Below, one piece after another: positions 36,062 to 49,192 of a stretch of 64,000 bases of DNA (position 1 is its first letter; each line of letters begins with the position of its first letter). Position numbers and translations under genes: made by a program. Source of the stretch: Planctomycetota bacterium (lineage in GTDB: Bacteria > Planctomycetota > UBA8108 > SXIK01); the NCBI GenBank assembly GCA_965223845.1, contig CBDCXR010000004.1, forward strand, positions 1,600,001 to 1,664,000, read 5' to 3'. The notes under the pieces were generated by a model. The model saw only the letters and a list, made by a program, of their open reading frames with translations. It searched no databases and was not told the DNA's origin.

Positions 36062-38152
36062 GTGGATCGTTTGATCCGGAAGACGACACCGATCGACGCG
36101 GGCATCGAGAGCGAGCGGGACTTCGAGCGCGCTGAGCGCTCGCGGATACGACCCGGTCTCACCTGCCCCCGGTGCAAGCGCGACAATTCGCAGCTGGGCG
36201 ACTTTTGCGTTCACTGCGGGTTCAGCTTTCGAGCGACCGCGGCCGAGCGCGAGGACGCAGCGAACGACCCGATGATCGGTCGGATCGTGAACGAGAAGTA
36301 TCGCGTTCTCTCCCGCCTTGGAGAAGGGGGGTTCGGGGCCGTCTACGAGGTTGAGCACCTCGTGTTCGGAAACGGCAACGTTTTCGCCCTCAAGGTTCTC
36401 CACCCTTCGCTCAGCCAGGACCAGCAGTTTCGGCGCCGGTTCTTGCGCGAAGCCGAGCTCGCGATGTCTCTCGTGCACGAGAACACGATCCAGCTCCGCG
36501 AATTCGGCGAGATGCCCGAAGGAAGTCTCTTCTACACGATGGACTACTGCTCGGGCGAACCGCTCAAGCAAGTTCTCGCGAAGGAGCAGTATTTGACGGT
36601 GAACCGCGCGCTCGCGATCACGCGTCAAATCCTCTCCGTGATGGAGCAGGCTCACGCACTCGAGATCATCCACCGCGACATCAAGCCGGAGAATGTCTTC
36701 CTCGAGCACCGTTCATCGCGTGACTTCGTCAAGGTCGGCGACTTCGGTCTCGCGAAGCGCCTGGAGGGCTCGGAAACCGGCAATATTTCACGCGGCGCGA
36801 TCCTCGGGACGCCGCGGTACATGTCACCCGAGCAAGCGAAGGGCGCCGAGAATCTGGACGAGCGTTCCGATCTCTACTCGATCGGCGTCGTGCTCTACGA
36901 AATGCTCTACGGATGCGTGCCCGCGGAGGTCGAGCCGAAGGGCGACCGGGGGCGAAAGTCCGAGCTCGTCCCTCCGGATCCCGCGCCGCATCCCGTTCCC
37001 GAAGCGGTTTGGAGGGTCACCGCGAGGGCTTTGAGGACGAGACGCGAGGATCGATACCGGAGCGCGGCGGAATTTCGCGACGCGATCGATGCCCTCCCCA
37101 CGTTCACGCCTCGGTATTCCTCGCCGGAGTCGGCGTGGCGCTTCGGACAGAAACTCTTCGCCGCCGGCTTGGTGCTCGCCGCCGTCGCCGGCGGGATCTG
37201 GCTCTTCGCCCCCGAAACCTGGCGATGGCTCGGAGACGGACTGAGGGCGATGGTCGCCGTTGCGCCTGCCGGCGAGCCCGGTTCCGCGCCTCCTCTGGAG
37301 CGGCGATCCTCCGCGCCCGACGTCCCCGTCGAAGCGGAGCCGGCCTTCTTCGAGGAGGACGTCAGGACGTTCGTCCCCTACGTTCCCGGTGACGTGCTGT
37401 CGTTCGTGACCTTTCGCGACGGGGTTCATCAGAGCGAGTACACCTACACGGTTCTCGCCGAGGAATCGCCGGGCGAGCTCACGGTGAAGATCGATCCCGG
37501 GAACCGCGTGGTGATTTGGACGATCGACGATGCGGAGAAATCGTTCGCGACGACTTTCCGCATCCTCAACGTCGAATCGGGCCACGTCTCCGAAGCGGTG
37601 AGGCGGCTCGAGCTCAAGCTGCCGGCCCGGTTCGAGGAGGACCAGTACGTCTTTGAGGGCAGGTTCGTCGACCGGCAGCCGCAGGACGTGGTGGACCTTC
37701 GCGGAAGGCGCGAAGTGCGCACACTTGCCGAGATCGACCGTGGGTTTCGCGCGGGTCTGCTGCCGAGCCATCCGCGCTGTCTAGTCGTCGAGTTTTTCGA
37801 GACCGAGAATCGAAAACACCGGCAGTACTACGCCCCGAAGCTCGGGCTCGTCGCGTCCGAGGTCATCGACGTCTTGCCGACGAAGGGCGGAGAAACGGGA
37901 GAGCGGGCGATCGTATTCGCGCGCTATCTCGTTGCGAAGGACCACGAGACTCCGCCGCCGAAGCCGGCGCCGCCAGGTGGGCTGAGTGGGAGCGCGACCC
38001 TCGATACGCCCGAGGAGCCGACCGAGCCGGAATTCACCGCTCCTCCCGCGCCCGGGGCGCTCGAGACGGAAACCGAGTCGGGCGAGGCGGACGCTCCCGA
38101 AACCGCCAGCCGCGCGTCGGCGGTTTGGCGTCCGGCGCACCGTCGCTCGTAG
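36062..38152 (+). CDS. Hanks-type Ser/Thr protein kinase with N-terminal zinc ribbon, TM helix and extracytoplasmic domain
   Basis: CPRC...CVHC, GEGGFGAVY, ALKVL, HRDIKPEN, DFG, GTPRYMSPE, DLYSIGV, TM LFAAGLVLAAVAGGIWLFA. Confidence 0.93.
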   Translation: MDRLIRKTTPIDAGIESERDFERAERSRIRPGLTCPRCKRDNSQLGDFCVHCGFSFRATAAEREDAANDPMIGRIVNEKYRVLSRLGEGGFGAVYEVEHLVFGNGNVFALKVLHPSLSQDQQFRRRFLREAELAMSLVHENTIQLREFGEMPEGSLFYTMDYCSGEPLKQVLAKEQYLTVNRALAITRQILSVMEQAHALEIIHRDIKPENVFLEHRSSRDFVKVGDFGLAKRLEGSETGNISRGAILGTPRYMSPEQAKGAENLDERSDLYSIGVVLYEMLYGCVPAEVEPKGDRGRKSELVPPDPAPHPVPEAVWRVTARALRTRREDRYRSAAEFRDAIDALPTFTPRYSSPESAWRFGQKLFAAGLVLAAVAGGIWLFAPETWRWLGDGLRAMVAVAPAGEPGSAPPLERRSSAPDVPVEAEPAFFEEDVRTFVPYVPGDVLSFVTFRDGVHQSEYTYTVLAEESPGELTVKIDPGNRVVIWTIDDAEKSFATTFRILNVESGHVSEAVRRLELKLPARFEEDQYVFEGRFVDRQPQDVVDLRGRREVRTLAEIDRGFRAGLLPSHPRCLVVEFFETENRKHRQYYAPKLGLVASEVIDVLPTKGGETGERAIVFARYLVAKDHETPPPKPAPPGGLSGSATLDTPEEPTEPEFTAPPAPGALETETESGEADAPETASRASAVWRPAHRRS

Positions 38153-38272
38153 TGCGCACCGACCCATGAGTCGCATTGGGGCGGACACCCCTCGGAGGTG
38201 GTTCTAGCGCGATTGTCGATTCGCGGGAGACCCCAGACGACTCAGCGAACGGGACGTCGCGGGCCTGCGGAC

Positions 38273-40744
38273 TCAGAGCTTCTTTCCGACGGGGAGGGGA
38301 TGCCCGAGCGTGTCTCCGTTCGCCCGGAAGCCGTTTCCATCGTGGTCGACGAAGATCGGATTCGTGAAGGCTACGGGATGCATCTCCGATTGCCAGGACT
38401 CTCCGTAGCCGGTCTCGAGCGTCGAGCCCTCGCCGACGGCGGCGACGATGATGTGCGCGTCGGTCGTCAGCGGAACCTCGACCAGCTGCTCGAACTTCAC
38501 GGCTCCGTCGGAAAACTTGTCGGCGTGATTCGCTCGCGTGAAGTTGAGAGACGGAATCTGCCGGCCGTTCACGAGAATCTGAACGCGGTCGACATCGATC
38601 CAGTTCGTGCACTGAACCTTGATGCGCACGCCGATCGATCCGCTGGCGATCGTGTGGCCGCCGACCGTTGTTCCGTCTTCGAGCTCGACCTCGAGGAAGG
38701 GGCCGTTCGTGACGATCATGCGGCCGGCCTTCGCATTGCGGATGATCTCGGCCGGGTCGATCTTTCCCGGCGCATCCGTGTGGCTGGGGATGTACGTGCG
38801 CCAGCTTCCCACTCCGTTTCCGAACACCGAATGAGCGTCCGAGACGGCGACGCAGAACATGTTTCGTCCCTGGTTGAGCAGTTGAAGCCACGCGAAGGTG
38901 CGGTTCGCTCTCCCGCTCTCGAGCCAGGGACGCGGGTTGAGGATCTCGGTCGACCAGACTTCCGCCGCGTCGATCAGTGACTCGAGGTCCACGTAGCCGC
39001 CGTCGGGGATTCCGTCCTCGTTTCGGTCGCGGAAGAACGCGCCGACGTTCGGATGGTTGATCTGCACGTAGCGATCGGCGCCGCCACCTTGAAAATCGCG
39101 CAGCACGATCGCGTTGATGCGCGGATCCTTCTGCCAAACCGGAGCACCGCCGTCCTGGACCCACGGAACCACCTTGAGCGGAAACGCGTTGAAGTGAGCT
39201 CCGCTTCCGGTGAGCTCGATCCCGACGATCGTCTTGACGGCGTCTGCGAGGCCGAGTTTCTCGATGTGCGGCGTCCAGTCGTAGAGGCGATTGTGCTCCG
39301 TCGTCGGGGCGAACTCGATGTGCTCGGCCGCGAGATTGATGATGCGGTCGTTCGTGCCGCAGTAATTGTCGCCGCTTGGAGTCGAGTGATTGTGAAAGTC
39401 GGTGGAGACCCAGCCCGTCGTGTCGACGAGGCGGCGGAAGCGCCGCGAAATCTTGACGGAAGTGCCGAGCGCGACGACCGCGAGCACCGTGTGCTGCTCG
39501 AACTCGATGCCGCGCGTGATCACCACGAGATACTCTCCGGGAGGAACCTGAACGCCAAAGCGCCCCGACTCCGAGTGGTACTGGTTCCTGCAGCCGTGGG
39601 CTTGGACGTCGACGCCGAGCATCGGATTTTCGGTTCCGGCGATACCGATGAACTGCGCCTTGCACGGAAAGACCGCGTCCGGGGCGTCCGCTTCGGCGAG
39701 GTCGAACTCGACGCGTGAGGCGACGTCCATCGGAACGTCGAGCTGCGTGGTTTCTCCTTCGCGAACCGTGAACTCGCCGCTCCGCGTCGAGCGCCCGATA
39801 TCGGAGGCGCTAAAGGTGTACGTCCCCGGGGGCAGGTCGACGTGCAGCTCGCCGGCGTCGTTCGGGTACGCCGGTAGAGTCGTTTTGTCATCGAGTCGAA
39901 TCGAGAGCGTCGCGGTCGCAACACCGTCTCCGGAATCCCCGTGAATCGTGGCCTCGAGTCGGCCCACTGCGCCGACGAGCCCGGCGATCACGCCGTAGGC
40001 CTCGGCCGGCGACGTCCCCGGGGCGATCGCCATGGCGTACGAGCGCCGTTCGCCCTTCTTGAGCTCGAGTTCCTTCCAATCGGACGACGATTCTGCTCGG
40101 CTGATCGGCGCCCACGCGTAGCCTTGGCGGTCGGTCGGGTTCTGGGCGTCCGCGAAGTGGATCCCCCCGAACTGAGCTGCGGCGCGGAGTCCTTTCACGA
40201 AGGGCTTTGGGGTGAGCTTCCATTTCTCTCCGCTGTGGAGCTCGTAGTGTGAGAGAACGAGAAGATGCCTCCACTCGGGCTCGAGCCAGTAGATATGACT
40301 CACTTCCTTGCCGCCGCCCCGAGCCGGCGTGCGATGGGCGTACACCATTGCGCGGCCATTGCCTCCGTCGGCTTCGAGCTCGACTTTGGAGAGCTGCCCG
40401 TCCTGATCTCCCGGAGCGAATAGCGTCAACTGATCGTTGTCCGAACCGCGCACGCTGAGATCGTAGACCGTGCCGGGCGTGACCTGATTGGACTTCGTTG
40501 TCATGTTGGCCTTGCGCCCTTCGAGGTTCCCCGAGACGAGCGCCTCGACGTAGCGGTTACGCAACACGAAGTCACCTTTGATTCCGTCCGCCTCCTTTCC
40601 CTTCGGGAGGTCGTTCACCCGCTCCGCTCCGACTTGGAACCCTTCGACAACCGGTGCGTCCTCTCCGCGGACGTTGGAAGTACCGAGCAATAGCGCGACC
40701 AAGGAAAGCACCGCAAACCGACAATGTCGACATCGGGAGTTCAT
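38273..40744 (-). CDS. Secreted CehA/McbA-like PHP-family metallohydrolase
   Basis: Signal peptide, beta-sandwich N-terminus, DFHNHS, PTTEHN, GAHFNAFP, QINHP, VSDAH, VTNGPF, AFTNPIFVD. Start trimmed to ATG 40744. Confidence 0.85.
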   Translation of the reverse strand: MNSRCRHCRFAVLSLVALLLGTSNVRGEDAPVVEGFQVGAERVNDLPKGKEADGIKGDFVLRNRYVEALVSGNLEGRKANMTTKSNQVTPGTVYDLSVRGSDNDQLTLFAPGDQDGQLSKVELEADGGNGRAMVYAHRTPARGGGKEVSHIYWLEPEWRHLLVLSHYELHSGEKWKLTPKPFVKGLRAAAQFGGIHFADAQNPTDRQGYAWAPISRAESSSDWKELELKKGERRSYAMAIAPGTSPAEAYGVIAGLVGAVGRLEATIHGDSGDGVATATLSIRLDDKTTLPAYPNDAGELHVDLPPGTYTFSASDIGRSTRSGEFTVREGETTQLDVPMDVASRVEFDLAEADAPDAVFPCKAQFIGIAGTENPMLGVDVQAHGCRNQYHSESGRFGVQVPPGEYLVVITRGIEFEQHTVLAVVALGTSVKISRRFRRLVDTTGWVSTDFHNHSTPSGDNYCGTNDRIINLAAEHIEFAPTTEHNRLYDWTPHIEKLGLADAVKTIVGIELTGSGAHFNAFPLKVVPWVQDGGAPVWQKDPRINAIVLRDFQGGGADRYVQINHPNVGAFFRDRNEDGIPDGGYVDLESLIDAAEVWSTEILNPRPWLESGRANRTFAWLQLLNQGRNMFCVAVSDAHSVFGNGVGSWRTYIPSHTDAPGKIDPAEIIRNAKAGRMIVTNGPFLEVELEDGTTVGGHTIASGSIGVRIKVQCTNWIDVDRVQILVNGRQIPSLNFTRANHADKFSDGAVKFEQLVEVPLTTDAHIIVAAVGEGSTLETGYGESWQSEMHPVAFTNPIFVDHDGNGFRANGDTLGHPLPVGKKL

Positions 40745-40917
40745 GAAAGCACCTGGGAGATGGGGCGGGGGAGCGAGTGCGGAGGGACGCGCTCGTTCGG
40801 TGGATCGAGCCGTTCGGGTCGCGGCGCAGCGAGCTCGAGAGTGGCCGCGAACGCCTTCGATCGTAAGCGCGCTCGATGCGGGCCGAAAGGGGATTTCGTG
40901 CGCGCCGGACGCACGCG

Positions 40918-40946
40918 TTGAATTCGGGCGCGGACGTTTGTATAAC
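40918..40946 (+). promoter_or_regulatory. Candidate sigma70 promoter TTGAAT-N17-TATAAC, about 450 bp upstream of the topoisomerase genes
   Basis: Hexamers and 17-bp spacing read directly. Confidence 0.5.
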
Positions 40947-41403
40947 TCGCTCGACGAGTTCGCGAGTGCGAGGAGGCACGGTCGAATCGTCGCCCTAACG
41001 CGCGCCGAACCATTCGCCGAAGCACGGAACGAAGGGCCCCCCGAGGCCGTCCGGGCACGACCCGAGGAGATCGAAGGGAATCCCCGCGTTTCGACGACGG
41101 AGCTGAGCGGCCGCGTTCGTCTCGGCGGGGAGGGGGAAGAGATCGAGGGAAGAGAGAACCGGAGGAAGCGAAGAGGAGCCTCTCGAGACCGCCTCGAGTA
41201 CACGCCGCGTTCGGGCTTCGAGTCGACGGCGCGTCGGCGGTCGCGTGCAGCGTGCTCGTTGCGGTTCGCGGAGTACCGTGCACTCAAGTCGTAAGGTCGG
41301 ACGCGCTCCGACTTAAACGACGAGCGCCGCGTCCGCGATTCCGTCTCGATGGGATTCGAGCTAGCTCGAACGCCAGACGCTCCTTTGGTCCGATCGGGAA
41401 CCA

Positions 41404-43812
41404 ATGGCCAAGAAAGCGACCAAAAAGACCACGCGAAGGAAGGCGAAGAAACGAGTCGTCGTCGACGAGAAGATCGAGGACGTCCCGTTCCATCGCGCGA
41501 CGCGGCGCAGGTATCTCAACTACGCCCTGTCGGTGATCACGGCCCGAGCGCTCCCGGACGTCCGCGACGGCCTGAAGCCCGTCCAGCGACGCATTCTCTA
41601 CACGATGCAGCACGACCTGCATCTCGCACCGACCAACAAGCCGGTCAAGTGCGCTCACATCGTCGGTGACGTTCTCGGCAATTATCACCCTCACGGGGAC
41701 ACTGCGGTCTACGACGCTCTCGTCCGGATGGCGCAGGACTTCTCTCTCCGCTATCCGATGGTCGACGGGCACGGTAACTTCGGCTCGCTCGACGGGGACA
41801 GCGCGGCAGCGTATCGGTACACCGAAGCCCGGCTCGAGCCGATCTCGCTCGAAGTCTTGGGTGAGCTCGGTCAGGACACCGTCGACTTCCGTCCCACTTA
41901 TGACGGTAAGACGAAGGAGCCGATCGTCCTCCCGTCACGGGTGCCGCAGCTGCTCGTGAACGGCGCGACGGGGATCGCGGTCGGAATGGCGACCAACATT
42001 CCGCCGCACAACCTCACGGAGATCTGCACCGCGTGCGAGGCTCTGATCGACGAGAGAGAGCTCTCCACGAAGGATCTCACCCGGTTCGTCCGCGGACCGG
42101 ACTTCCCGACCGGGGGGGAAATCCTCAACTCGCGCCAGGAGATTCGCGCGATCTACGAGGAGGGGAGCGGCACGATCCGCGTTCGCGGCGAGTTCAAGCT
42201 CGAGTCGACGGGGAGGGGGCGCAAGGCGCAGCGTCACATTGTGATCAGTTCGATTCCGTACATGGTGCAAAAGAATGCGCTCGTGCGCGCGATCGGCGAT
42301 CTCGTGTTCGAGCGCAAGGTGCCGCAGCTCCTCGATGTGCGCGACGAGTCGACGACGGACGTCCGGATCGTTCTCGAGATCAAGCCCGAGGCCGATCCCG
42401 ACGTCGTCATGGCGTACCTCTACAAGAACACGCCGCTTCAGAGCAACTTCAGCGTCAATCTCACCTGTCTCGTTCCCACTCCCGACACGGACGTCTGCAG
42501 TCCGGCGCGAGTCGATCTCAAGTCGATCCTCGAGCACTTCATCGAGTTTCGCTACGAGGTCGTCGAGCGGCGATTCCAGCACGAGCTTCGGCTGCTCCGC
42601 GAGCGGATTCACATTCTCGACGGCTTCCGCAAGATCTTCGACGCGCTCGACGAGGCGATTCGACTCATCCGCCGATCCGACGGGCGGAGTGACGCGGCGA
42701 AGAAGCTCATGAAGCGCTTCGACCTCGACGACGTCCAGGTCGGAGCGATCCTCGATCTTCGCCTCTACAAGCTCGCGCGCCTTGAGATTCAGGCGATCCT
42801 CGACGAGCTGAAAGAGAAGAAGCGAAGAGTGAAGGAGATCGAAGCGATCCTGGCGAGTCCGAAGCGCCTCTGGCGCATCGTGAAGACCGAGATCGCCGAG
42901 TCCCGCGAGAAGTACGGCGACAAGCGACGCACCGTCGTCGGCGCGCGTGGTCTGCGCGAGGTCGAGGTCGACGAGGAAGCGTTCATCGTCGACGAAGATG
43001 CCTACGTTCTCCTCTCGCGCGACGGCTGGGTGAAGCGCGCGGGGCGGATCGGCAGCCTCGACAAGGTCCGTCTCCGCCCCGAAGACGAGCTCCTCGACGT
43101 TCTCGCGGGGAGCACGCGCGACTGTGTCGCGTTCTTCACGAACTTTGGCTCGGCGTACACGATTCGACTGAGCGAGATTCCAGCATCGCGCGGGTACGGC
43201 GAGCCGGTCCAGCGGTTCTTCAAATTCCGCGACGGCGAGCGAGTGCTCGCGGCGATCCTCTTCGACAAGAAGCTTCTCAAGCGAATCGGTTCGGCGGAAT
43301 CGAGCGACGAGTCCGTCGAGCTGGGGCTCGGCGTCAGTTCGAGCGGATACACCTTTCGCAGTCCGCTCTACTTCTTCGCGGAACCTTCGACCCGCGCTGG
43401 AAGGCGCTTTGCGCGGCTCAAGGAAGGAGAAGAGGTCATCGGGTTTCACCGCGTCGTCGCGGGAGATACGGTTGTCCTCGCCAGCAGGACGGGGCGCGTC
43501 ATACTCTTCGCGGCGGACGACGTGAACGTCCTCTCTGGACCCGGACGCGGCGTGATCGGCATCAAGCTCGACGCGAAAGACCGCGTGATCGGTTCGGCGA
43601 TTTCCCGGCAGAAGAGCAAAGGTCTCCGTGCGTACACGACCGGTGGGCGAAAAGTCGACGTCACACCGCGCTCCTACCGCATATCGAGTCGCGGTGGAAA
43701 AGGCGTCGAAGTGATCAAGCGCGGTGGCCTCGCGCGCGTCGAGAGGCCGCCGATCGAGCTTCCGGAGCTCAACGGAAACGGAAAGCGGAGCGGGGGGAAA
43801 CGGGACTCGTGA
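41404..43812 (+). CDS. parC: Type IIA DNA topoisomerase subunit A (topoisomerase IV ParC-like / second GyrA paralog)
   Basis: [25 protein letters not shown], active-site [24 protein letters not shown], beta-pinwheel CTD. No canonical QxRGGxG GyrA box at the CTD start. Confidence 0.85.
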   Translation: MAKKATKKTTRRKAKKRVVVDEKIEDVPFHRATRRRYLNYALSVITARALPDVRDGLKPVQRRILYTMQHDLHLAPTNKPVKCAHIVGDVLGNYHPHGDTAVYDALVRMAQDFSLRYPMVDGHGNFGSLDGDSAAAYRYTEARLEPISLEVLGELGQDTVDFRPTYDGKTKEPIVLPSRVPQLLVNGATGIAVGMATNIPPHNLTEICTACEALIDERELSTKDLTRFVRGPDFPTGGEILNSRQEIRAIYEEGSGTIRVRGEFKLESTGRGRKAQRHIVISSIPYMVQKNALVRAIGDLVFERKVPQLLDVRDESTTDVRIVLEIKPEADPDVVMAYLYKNTPLQSNFSVNLTCLVPTPDTDVCSPARVDLKSILEHFIEFRYEVVERRFQHELRLLRERIHILDGFRKIFDALDEAIRLIRRSDGRSDAAKKLMKRFDLDDVQVGAILDLRLYKLARLEIQAILDELKEKKRRVKEIEAILASPKRLWRIVKTEIAESREKYGDKRRTVVGARGLREVEVDEEAFIVDEDAYVLLSRDGWVKRAGRIGSLDKVRLRPEDELLDVLAGSTRDCVAFFTNFGSAYTIRLSEIPASRGYGEPVQRFFKFRDGERVLAAILFDKKLLKRIGSAESSDESVELGLGVSSSGYTFRSPLYFFAEPSTRAGRRFARLKEGEEVIGFHRVVAGDTVVLASRTGRVILFAADDVNVLSGPGRGVIGIKLDAKDRVIGSAISRQKSKGLRAYTTGGRKVDVTPRSYRISSRGGKGVEVIKRGGLARVERPPIELPELNGNGKRSGGKRDS

Positions 43813-43829
43813 GCAGAGGGAGGAGCTGA

Positions 43830-45746
<1,917 letters not shown>

Positions 45747-45960
45747 AGTCGGATGCCGGCCCGTGTCGCGCCACGAAGCAGTTCACACGAAGCCGAGGTC
45801 TCGAGCAAACGAGACGTCTGCCCACAGATTCCCGGGGGTTTCCCGATCGACCTCGCTTGAGGACCCGACTACCATGTCGACTTGAGCGCGCCGACGCAGC
45901 CGCTCGCGGAGACGTCGGCGGGCGCGCATCCGAGCGCAAGCGACTCGCGGGGGAGGACGC

Positions 45961-47706
45961 ATGGGAGTCTTGAGCACGGTTCTCGACGGGCTCCGAAGCA
46001 CCGACGTCACGCTCGAGGAGTACGACCGACGCGGAGACTGCGTAAGGCGGGTCGGCTCTTCCGATTTTCTCGCGGCGGTCCAGCACCACCGGGCGGCGTT
46101 CCGGGACGGTGATGTCGACGGCCGGCGCGTGGTCGCGCTTCTCTTCCGTCCGGAGGAGGCGATCGAGTTTCTCGTCGTCACGCTCGCGGCGATGGCCGAA
46201 GGCTGGACTGTCGTCCCGCTGTACCCGAACTGGGATGACGAGACGCAGGTTCGTTATCTCGAGGCCTACGATCTCCGTGGGATCGCCGTCGGCACCGGAT
46301 TCCTCGGGCGGGCGGAATCGTGGCTCGTCGGCACCGCGCCGATCGAGAAGATCTTCGAGATCTCGCTCGACGAGGGCATCCCACCGCTCCCGGACGGTCC
46401 TCTTCAGCTCTTCGACATGATGCGCGGCGATCAACCGTGCGCGTGGATCTTCACGTCCGGAACTTCCGGGGAACTCGCCAAGCTCACGGAGATCACGCTC
46501 TCGAATCTCGAAGCGGCGATCGACAACATCCGCGATCTCGACTTCGTTCGCCCGGGAATGACCCTCCACAACCCGTTGTCGACGAGTCACATCTTCGCGT
46601 TCTCGGTCGTCCTGGGCCTTTTGGCGGTGAAGCCGAAACGACTCCTCTTCTCGGACGTTCAGTTTCTCGCTCGCCTGCCGCAAACTCGCACCGGAAAAGT
46701 CGACGCGCTGATCCTCGTCCCGATCGTGCTCAACCGATTGCGCGCCGGATTCTACGAGAAGATCGTCGCGCAGCTCGACCGCAAGAGCGCGCCGCCCGAG
46801 CTGCGGCGGCTCGCGCGGGTCCCGATGGGAGTTCGGCGACGACTGAAGCAGATCGTCCAGCGCGCGGAGGAGGCGGTGATCGATCGCGAGCAGGGCCGAA
46901 GGATCGGACTTCGACGCCGTGGATCGATTCTCACCGCGCGTCGACTCTTCGGGCGGATGTTGCGCGAGCGGCTCGGATCGCCGGAGTTCGTCGTCATCGG
47001 CGGGGCGAAGCCAAACCTGCGAGCGATGGCCTTTCTCGAGGCGCTCGGCATCCGATGCCTCCAGGGTTGGGGGATGACGGAGACCACCGGACCTCTCGCG
47101 GTCTGCCGTCTGCGGGATCGATTCCGCGGCGCATTCGGCACGTGCGGGACACTCTTCCCCGATACCAAGGCGTACGTCGAGGACGGCGAGCTCATCGTCG
47201 AAGGTCCACAGATCGCTCGCGGCTATCACCAGCCGAGCGGCGAGTTCGTACCGTTCAACGGGCGAAAGAGCACCGGCGACCACGCGGAGTTCGATGCGGT
47301 TGGCCGCTTGCGGGTGACCGGCAAGGCGTCGGATCGGATCACCACGGACAACGGCCTCAACTACAACCCGATTCCGTTCGAGGAGAGGCTGACGGCGCTC
47401 GATCTCGATCGCGGACACGTTCTCGCCGACGTCATCGTCATCGGTGACGGAAAGCCTCGGCTCGGTGCCGTATTCTTCCTCCGCGAGGGCGTCGACGACG
47501 AAGCTTCGGTGCGCGAGCAGATCGCCTCGCTCCTCGAAGAGTTCAATCGCGAGCGTGCGGTCGACGAGCGCATCGAGGCGTGGGCGCTCTGCGCCGAGGA
47601 CCTTCGCACTGCGGGATTCCTCGGGCCATCGGGAAAGGTCGTTCGGCGGCGGATCGAGACGCACTTCGCCGACATCTTCGCGCGGTGGGCGGTCGAGGTG
47701 GAATGA
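45961..47706 (+). CDS. AMP-binding protein, long-chain acyl-CoA synthetase-like
   Basis: IFTSGTSGELAK P-loop, QGWGMTET, STGD, ITTDNG, C-terminal GPSGKVVRR. GGAGG RBS. Confidence 0.85.
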   Translation: MGVLSTVLDGLRSTDVTLEEYDRRGDCVRRVGSSDFLAAVQHHRAAFRDGDVDGRRVVALLFRPEEAIEFLVVTLAAMAEGWTVVPLYPNWDDETQVRYLEAYDLRGIAVGTGFLGRAESWLVGTAPIEKIFEISLDEGIPPLPDGPLQLFDMMRGDQPCAWIFTSGTSGELAKLTEITLSNLEAAIDNIRDLDFVRPGMTLHNPLSTSHIFAFSVVLGLLAVKPKRLLFSDVQFLARLPQTRTGKVDALILVPIVLNRLRAGFYEKIVAQLDRKSAPPELRRLARVPMGVRRRLKQIVQRAEEAVIDREQGRRIGLRRRGSILTARRLFGRMLRERLGSPEFVVIGGAKPNLRAMAFLEALGIRCLQGWGMTETTGPLAVCRLRDRFRGAFGTCGTLFPDTKAYVEDGELIVEGPQIARGYHQPSGEFVPFNGRKSTGDHAEFDAVGRLRVTGKASDRITTDNGLNYNPIPFEERLTALDLDRGHVLADVIVIGDGKPRLGAVFFLREGVDDEASVREQIASLLEEFNRERAVDERIEAWALCAEDLRTAGFLGPSGKVVRRRIETHFADIFARWAVEVE

Positions 47707-48206
47707 GCCCGGCGAATCGGTGGTGGACTCTCGCTGCTGCGTTGGCGTCGATCGGCGTGAGTCTCGTCTCGCTCTTCTTCGCTCTCCTCTCCACTCCTCG
47801 AGTGCCCGGGCTCGCTGCCCTCATCGTCGGAGGCGTCTGGCTGATCGCGCTCCTCGTCGCGGCGCGCGTGTACGGACCGATGGCGCGCGGGTTCGTTGCG
47901 GTCGCGATCAGCTCGCTCCCGCTCGCCGGACTCGCTCTCTACGACAAGAGCGCTCCCAGCCGCGACGACCTCCGGGCGTTCGGCGAGCCCACGGTCGATG
48001 CGATCAAACGGTTTCGCGAGCGCGAAGGGCGCTACCCGGCAAACCTCTCCGAGGCGGGAGCCGAGCTTCCGCTGCCGACTCGATTCGGAGCGTGGAGATA
48101 CGAATCGCTGAGCGAATCGTCCTGCCAGCTCTCGGTCGGGGACTACAGCATCGATCCATTCGTCGTCTTTTGGTCGAGCCGAAGCGGCTGGGGAGTCGAC
48201 AGCTGA
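47703..48206 (+). CDS. Hypothetical membrane protein (3 TM + small soluble domain)
   Basis: ATGA overlap with the upstream gene, three hydrophobic segments, then AIKRFREREGRYPANLSE. Confidence 0.7.
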   Translation: MSPANRWWTLAAALASIGVSLVSLFFALLSTPRVPGLAALIVGGVWLIALLVAARVYGPMARGFVAVAISSLPLAGLALYDKSAPSRDDLRAFGEPTVDAIKRFREREGRYPANLSEAGAELPLPTRFGAWRYESLSESSCQLSVGDYSIDPFVVFWSSRSGWGVDS

Positions 48207-48296
48207 CCCCGGAGGCCGCTTCGCGTTGACACCGCCGGAAGGTTGTCATACGGTCTCTCCCCCATCCCACGAAGTGTATCGCTGAGAGAGACCAAG

Positions 48297-49157
48297 ATGG
48301 CCTGGGACGTCGACCGAGTGACCGAGGTGCTGCTTGAAGCCGGCGCGATGGCGCTCGATATGCAGCGCGGCATCGCGACGTCGCGAAAGAGCGACCGCTC
48401 CCTCGTCACCGAAGCGGATCACGGAGTCGAGAAGCTTCTCAGCGACGCGTTTGAACGCCCCGAGGCGGGCGCGTTCATCATCGGTGAGGAAACGTCGCAC
48501 CTAAAGGGCGAGGACTACCTCGCCCGTGCGCTCGCGAACGAGGCGTTCGTGATCGATCCGATCGACGGAACCTCACCCTACGCGCATCAACTACCGACGT
48601 GGGGAGTCTCGATGGGCCGACTCGTCGAAGGGCGGCTGGTCGACGGGGCGGTATTCCTTCCCGCGGTGGGAGAGCTCGTCATCAGCTCCGGAACGGCGGC
48701 GCTCGAAGCGAGGTTCGTGCGCACCGGCGAGGACTGGACCGCCGCCAGTGAATTCTCTGAAACCCCCGACCCGACTCCCGACCCGGCCGGGGAGCGCCTC
48801 CTCGCGATCACGCAAGATCTCGCGAAGCGCGGGCGAGTCGAGCTGCCGAACCCGACGCTCGTCCTCGGAGCGGCGGTGGTCCCGCTGGTGGGACTTCTGC
48901 AGGGGCGGTTTTCGGGCTACCTCGGGAGCGTGCGCCTTTGGGACGCCGCGGGCGCGCTCGCGCTTCTCCTCCGCAAGGGATTCTCGGTGACGGTCGCTCC
49001 GGGTGGAGTGCGCTGCGAGGTCTCGGGCGAAGTGAGCGACCGGACGTACGTACTCGAGCCGGGGCATCCTCGACGCTGGCGCTTCTTGAGCGATCTTCTC
49101 GTCTGCCACCCGGAGGACGAGGAGCGGCTGCGGCGCGGCCTCGTCCGCGGCGACTGA
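48297..49157 (+). CDS. Inositol monophosphatase family protein
   Basis: SLVTEAD, IIGEE, IDPIDGT, WDAAGA. Confidence 0.9.
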   Translation: MAWDVDRVTEVLLEAGAMALDMQRGIATSRKSDRSLVTEADHGVEKLLSDAFERPEAGAFIIGEETSHLKGEDYLARALANEAFVIDPIDGTSPYAHQLPTWGVSMGRLVEGRLVDGAVFLPAVGELVISSGTAALEARFVRTGEDWTAASEFSETPDPTPDPAGERLLAITQDLAKRGRVELPNPTLVLGAAVVPLVGLLQGRFSGYLGSVRLWDAAGALALLLRKGFSVTVAPGGVRCEVSGEVSDRTYVLEPGHPRRWRFLSDLLVCHPEDEERLRRGLVRGD

Positions 49158-49192
49158 GGAATCGTCGCTCTCGTGCGCTCCCTGAGGAGAGA

